A DNA stretch of 13,672 bases from NCBI GenBank assembly GCA_034722955.1, contig JAYEOM010000070.1, positions 1 to 13,672 of the forward strand, in the 5' to 3' direction. Below, piece by piece: positions 10,087 to 13,672 of the stretch; position 1 is the first letter of the stretch, and each line of letters starts with the position of its first letter. The notes beneath the pieces are model-generated. The model made no database searches. It saw nothing but the letters and a program-made list of their open reading frames with translations, and was not told where the DNA came from. The stretch comes from Campylobacterota bacterium. Lineage in GTDB: Bacteria; Campylobacterota; Campylobacteria; Campylobacterales; Sulfurovaceae. The translations under genes and the position numbers were made by a program.

Positions 10087-11725
10087 AGAGAAAAGTATAC
10101 GAATCATATTGGGACTGGTAGTGGTACTGCTTCTACTTCTCTCTTTTGCTCTTCTTCGTGACAATAGCAAGTCTATCACAGCTGTAGAAGCAAGCTCTCT
10201 CTACAAAGAGAATGTAATCAGCAAGGTTATTATAGATGGTGAGTACCTATATCTAGTTACTAAAGATCATACCTACAAAATCTATAAAGGTTCTCTCAAT
10301 ACTAAAGCACTTTTTCAAAAATATCCTGTAGAGGTGGTAGAGGATAACGATAAAATATTGGATCTTCTCTACCTCCTAGTCATCATCATAGCATTTATTT
10401 TTTTCTATAGATTGATCAAAAATACCAAAAGCGGTCAACTCGAACAGCTACATCATGAACTAGATAGGGCAGAAGACATCATCAAGCCAGAGGAGGTAAA
10501 GGCGATCCAATCTACGATCAAATTTTCTGATGTTGCAGGTATCAAAGATGTCAAAGAGGAGCTTGAAGAGATCATCGATTTTCTTAAAGAGCCACAGAAG
10601 TATCGTGAACTTGATATCAAACTTCCAAAGGGTGTATTGCTGATAGGTCCTCCCGGTGTAGGCAAGACACTGATCTCCAAGGCAGTTGCAGGTGAAGCCA
10701 ATGTACCGTTTTTCTATCAAAGTGGTGCCTCTTTTGTGCATATATATGTAGGCATGGGAGCCAAACGAGTAAGTGAACTGTTTAAAAAAGCCAAGCAGTC
10801 TGCACCTAGTATTATATTTATAGATGAGATCGATGCAGTAGGAAAGAGTCGTGGTGAATTTCGCAATGATGAGAGAGAAGCAACACTAAATCAACTATTG
10901 ACAGAGATGGATGGATTTGAGGATAGCTCAGGTGTGATCGTCATCGGGGCTACGAACAAAGTAGATATGCTCGATGATGCATTGTTGAGGGCAGGGCGAT
11001 TTGATAGACGCATCCATATCTCACTTCCAGATATGGAAGAGCGTATCAAGACACTGGAGTTATATTTAGCCAAAAAACCTCATGAGGTGGATCTGGAAGC
11101 TGTAGCCAGGATGACTGTAGGTTTCAATAGTGCGGCATTGGCTACATTGACAAATGAGGCAGCTATCCATGCGATGAGAGAGGATCGTAAAGTAGTAGAG
11201 CTTAGTGATTTTGAAGCAGTTAAAGAGAAAGTACTATTGGGCAAAAAACGCATTTTGAGTTTCAATGAAGAGGAGCGTGAGATTCAGGCAGTATATCAGG
11301 GTGCAAAGGCACTCATCGCCACTTGGCTGGATGTGGAGTTTGAAAAGATCGGTATAGTAACAACACGACTGTTAGAGCATGACCATGAGATAGTATCAAA
11401 GAGTGAAATCCTCAACCGCATCAAAGTTTACTTAGCCGGTAGTGTAGCAACGCAGATAGCTTACAATGAGAAGTTTACCAATGCAGGCAGTGATATCTCT
11501 CAGGCAAAACATTTGACACATCAATTGGTACAAAACTATGCTATGGGTGATCACTTTGGCAGTCATCCAAATGAGGAGGAGATGATTTTACAGAAGGCAC
11601 AAGAGGATGTCAACACCATCCTTGATAAACTCCAAGAGACCCACACCAATATCTCTGACTATCTACTAGAAAAAGAGAATATTACACATAGTGAAGCTCA
11701 AGAGATTATTCGTGAAATTTTTTGA
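10061..11725 (+). CDS. Membrane-anchored FtsH-like AAA ATPase (zinc protease motif degenerate)
   Basis: GGAGG RBS at 10050-10054; two TM helices; FSDVAGI, Walker A GPPGVGKT, Walker B IIFIDEID, TLNQLLTEMDGF, SRH DALLRAGRFDR. HEXXH is replaced by YQGAK. Confidence 0.9.
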   Translation: MAAMKQKSKEKSIRIILGLVVVLLLLLSFALLRDNSKSITAVEASSLYKENVISKVIIDGEYLYLVTKDHTYKIYKGSLNTKALFQKYPVEVVEDNDKILDLLYLLVIIIAFIFFYRLIKNTKSGQLEQLHHELDRAEDIIKPEEVKAIQSTIKFSDVAGIKDVKEELEEIIDFLKEPQKYRELDIKLPKGVLLIGPPGVGKTLISKAVAGEANVPFFYQSGASFVHIYVGMGAKRVSELFKKAKQSAPSIIFIDEIDAVGKSRGEFRNDEREATLNQLLTEMDGFEDSSGVIVIGATNKVDMLDDALLRAGRFDRRIHISLPDMEERIKTLELYLAKKPHEVDLEAVARMTVGFNSAALATLTNEAAIHAMREDRKVVELSDFEAVKEKVLLGKKRILSFNEEEREIQAVYQGAKALIATWLDVEFEKIGIVTTRLLEHDHEIVSKSEILNRIKVYLAGSVATQIAYNEKFTNAGSDISQAKHLTHQLVQNYAMGDHFGSHPNEEEMILQKAQEDVNTILDKLQETHTNISDYLLEKENITHSEAQEIIREIF

Positions 11726-12221
11726 TGGTTTTTCATTGAGAGGTGGAGAGGAGCTATTTTCTGCTTATCTTGATGAGAGTGATTTTACGATAGCAGGATT
11801 TAGCTATGGAGCTCAACAGGCATTTGAAGCGACCTATCACAGTAGAGAGCGTGTAGAAAAATTGGTACTTCTATCCCCAGCTTTTTTTCAGACAGAACAA
11901 AAGAGCTTTGTCCGTACTCAACTGCGATACTTTGACCACAATAAGGAGGCTTATATCCAACAGTTTCTAGATAATGTATCCTATCCTAGCGATATAGATC
12001 TATCTCCTTATCTAGAGGTGGGAGATAGAGATACACTAAATGCACTCTTGACATATCAATGGGATAGTGATAGGATACTGGAAGTTTTGGATAGAGGCAC
12101 ACAGATAGAGGTCTACATAGGAGGCAGAGACAAGATCATCCGCAGTAGTGATGCTTTTGATCTCTTCTCTACCCTTACAGTAACATATCTCATCAAAGAT
12201 GTAGGGCATATTTTGAGGTGA
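11712..12221 (+). CDS. bioV: Pimeloyl-ACP methyl ester esterase BioV (alpha/beta hydrolase, biotin synthesis)
   Basis: Probable GTG start at 11712 giving MKFFDGFSL (ORF track starts at 11691). Nucleophile motif GFSYG, LLSP, IEVYIGGRDKI (Asp), C-terminal GHIL (His). Lies directly after the FtsH-like gene as in Helicobacter. Confidence 0.88.
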   Translation: MKFFDGFSLRGGEELFSAYLDESDFTIAGFSYGAQQAFEATYHSRERVEKLVLLSPAFFQTEQKSFVRTQLRYFDHNKEAYIQQFLDNVSYPSDIDLSPYLEVGDRDTLNALLTYQWDSDRILEVLDRGTQIEVYIGGRDKIIRSSDAFDLFSTLTVTYLIKDVGHILR

Positions 12222-12384
12222 GATACTATACCCAATCAACTTCAGCAATAATACATCTATTTTTATTTTCCATCTTTACTATTTTTGCATACTCACAAGA
12301 GCAAATCACACTTTCACAAGCCGAACAAGATTACTTAAAAGAGAAATAAAGATTTGTCTTAGCCCCAAAGGATTGCCACTTTTC
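12218..12384 (+). pseudogene. N-terminal remnant of a periplasmic substrate-binding-domain sensor (histidine kinase or similar)
   Basis: GTG overlapping the bioV stop gives MRYYTQSTSAIIHLFLFSIFTIFAYSQEQITLSQAEQDYLKEK* (12218-12349). A shifted frame continues IKICLSPKGLPLF. This resembles the signal peptide + LT/SxxExxYLKxK-IKxCxxPxxxPF start of PBP-domain sensors. Confidence 0.55.
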
Positions 12385-12696
12385 TTGATTTTATGATAAA
12401 CCAGATTGACTGCACTGTTCCTTTTGTAGATATATTAAACTTAATATGGGAAGACAGAGAGAGCCATGTCGCCTATAGTTCTCTTAGTCACTTAGGCTAC
12501 CCAAGGAGATAAACACACAAATAGAAGCCACCAAGCGATTGCCTTGTCTATGAAAAACCTCATAAAGCTATTTGTGTGTTTATCTCCTTGGGGTAGCCTT
12601 AAGCGCCTAAAGAAAAAGCTTCCTGAGAATCTGATAGAAAATGCTTATGGAGAGGGGTATAGGATCGCATCCAAACAAAGAGATAATAACTTATAA
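12381..12696 (+). pseudogene. C-terminal remnant of an OmpR/PhoB-family response regulator (winged helix), frameshifted and interrupted by a MITE
   Basis: FLDFMINQIDCTVPFVDILNLIWED...SSL precedes the insertion, and KRLKKKLPENLIENAYGEGYRI follows it (12601-12696). This matches the Trans_reg_C pattern W...RLRKKL....I.n.yG.GY. No receiver domain is present. Confidence 0.75.
12495..12598. mobile_element. 104-bp MITE-like element with ~30-bp terminal inverted repeats and TTA direct repeats
   Basis: Left end GGCTACCCAAGGAGATAAACACACAAATAG (12495-12524). Right end CTATTTGTGTGTTTATCTCCTTGGGGTAGCC (12568-12598) is its reverse complement except for one extra G. Flanked by TTA at 12492-12494 and 12599-12601. 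It splits a recognisable coding remnant. Confidence 0.85.
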
Positions 12697-12722
12697 TTTT
12701 TTATTGTTCGATTGTATTTTAA

Positions 12723-12754
12723 ATGACAATATTATGCCAATATTATGTTATAAT
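12723..12754 (+). promoter_or_regulatory. Sulfatase promoter: extended -10 (TGTTATAAT, 12746-12754) preceded by an 11-bp-period direct repeat
   Basis: ATGACAATATT-ATGCCAATATT-ATGTTATAAT. RBS AAAGGAG at 12766-12772 before ATG 12778. Confidence 0.65.
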
Positions 12755-12777
12755 ACTGTAAAATTAAAGGAGAAAAG

Positions 12778-13672
12778 ATGAAACAAATGAGTTCTAAGCT
12801 ACTTTTAACTCTAGGTTTAAGTATAACTACTCTAGTGATGCCAACACAAATAATGGCAAAAAAACCAAATATTTTGGTAATTTGGGGTGATGATATAGGT
12901 CAGTCAAACATCTCTGCATACACAAGAGGAATGATGGGATATAAAACTCCCAATATCGATCGTCTTGCTGATGAAGGTCTTATGTTTACGGATTATTATG
13001 GTGAACAGTCCTGTACGGCTGGTCGTTCAACTTTCATACTAGGACAGTCAGTACTTAGAACAGGGCTGTCTAAAGTAGGTCTTCCAGGGGCAAAAGAAGG
13101 TATATCTGTAGAAGATCCTACTATTGCCGTACTCTTGAAAGATCAAGGGTATGCAACGGGTCAGTTTGGTAAAAACCACTTAGGGGATAGAGATGAAATG
13201 CTTCCTACCAATCATGGTTTTGATGAGTTTTTAGGGAACCTTTATCACCTGAATGCAGAAGAAGAGCCTGAAAATGTGGATTATCCAAAAGATCCTGAGT
13301 TTAAGAAAAAGTTCGGTCCTCGTGGTGTTATACACTCTAAAGCAGACGGAAGCATAGAAGACACAGGACCACTTACTAAAAAACGCATGGAGACTATCGA
13401 TGATGAGACAGTAGCTGGAGCTATCGACTTCATAGAGCGTCAAACAGCTGCGAAGAAACCATGGTTTGTATGGTGGAACGGTACGCGTATGCACTTTAGA
13501 ACGCATATAAAGAAAGAGAATCAGGGTATCTCTGGTCAAGACAACTATGGTGATGGTATGGTAGAGCATGATAGACATGTAGGGCAACTACTTGACACAC
13601 TTGATAAGCTCAAAATTGCCGATAATACTTTTGTATTTTACTCAACAGATAATGGACCACATAAAAATACTT
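12778..13672 (+). CDS. Exported arylsulfatase (formylglycine-dependent S1 sulfatase family), 3' truncated by the window
   Basis: Absent from the ORF track because there is no stop in the window. Translates MKQMSSKLLLTLGLSITTLVMPTQIMA-KKPNILVIWGDDIG...TPNIDRLADEGLMFTDYYGEQSCTAGRS...GYATGQFGKNHLG...HGFDEF...STDNGP, which contains the sulfatase signatures. Confidence 0.95.
   Translation, partial: MKQMSSKLLLTLGLSITTLVMPTQIMAKKPNILVIWGDDIGQSNISAYTRGMMGYKTPNIDRLADEGLMFTDYYGEQSCTAGRSTFILGQSVLRTGLSKVGLPGAKEGISVEDPTIAVLLKDQGYATGQFGKNHLGDRDEMLPTNHGFDEFLGNLYHLNAEEEPENVDYPKDPEFKKKFGPRGVIHSKADGSIEDTGPLTKKRMETIDDETVAGAIDFIERQTAAKKPWFVWWNGTRMHFRTHIKKENQGISGQDNYGDGMVEHDRHVGQLLDTLDKLKIADNTFVFYSTDNGPHKNT

Noticed and set aside
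12495..12598. The ~30-bp repeats as a CRISPR mini-array or intrinsic terminator
   Set aside because: The repeats are inverted rather than direct, there are only two, no cas genes are present, the loop is 43 nt, and there is no U-tract.
12036..13587. Minus-strand ORFs 12036..12248 and 13231..13587
   Set aside because: Antisense to bioV and to the sulfatase respectively, with no motifs.

Overview
Chromosomal window from a Campylobacterota bacterium (Sulfurovum/Sulfurimonas-like, inferred from gene order, BioV and TGnTATAAT promoters). The core is the conserved block tgt (-), divergent from COG3400/TrkA-C protein, aroB, MscS-family channel, mtaB, an FtsH-like ATPase lacking HEXXH, and bioV (+). 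Both ends are accessory or decaying. The left end holds the 3' end of a group II intron (RT/maturase C-terminus, domains V and VI), HTH/transposase-like debris, tRNA-Pro(GGG), and a large exported VIT-vWA-TPR-DUF2135 protein coupled to tgt. The right end holds a collapsed two-component locus (sensor N-terminus next to an OmpR-type winged-helix C-terminus) interrupted by a 104-bp MITE-like element. It is followed by an 11-bp-periodic operator-like repeat and a CxAxR-type sulfatase that runs off the window and is absent from the ORF track. I found no clearly complete novel system. All family assignments come from motif recognition by eye, not database searches.
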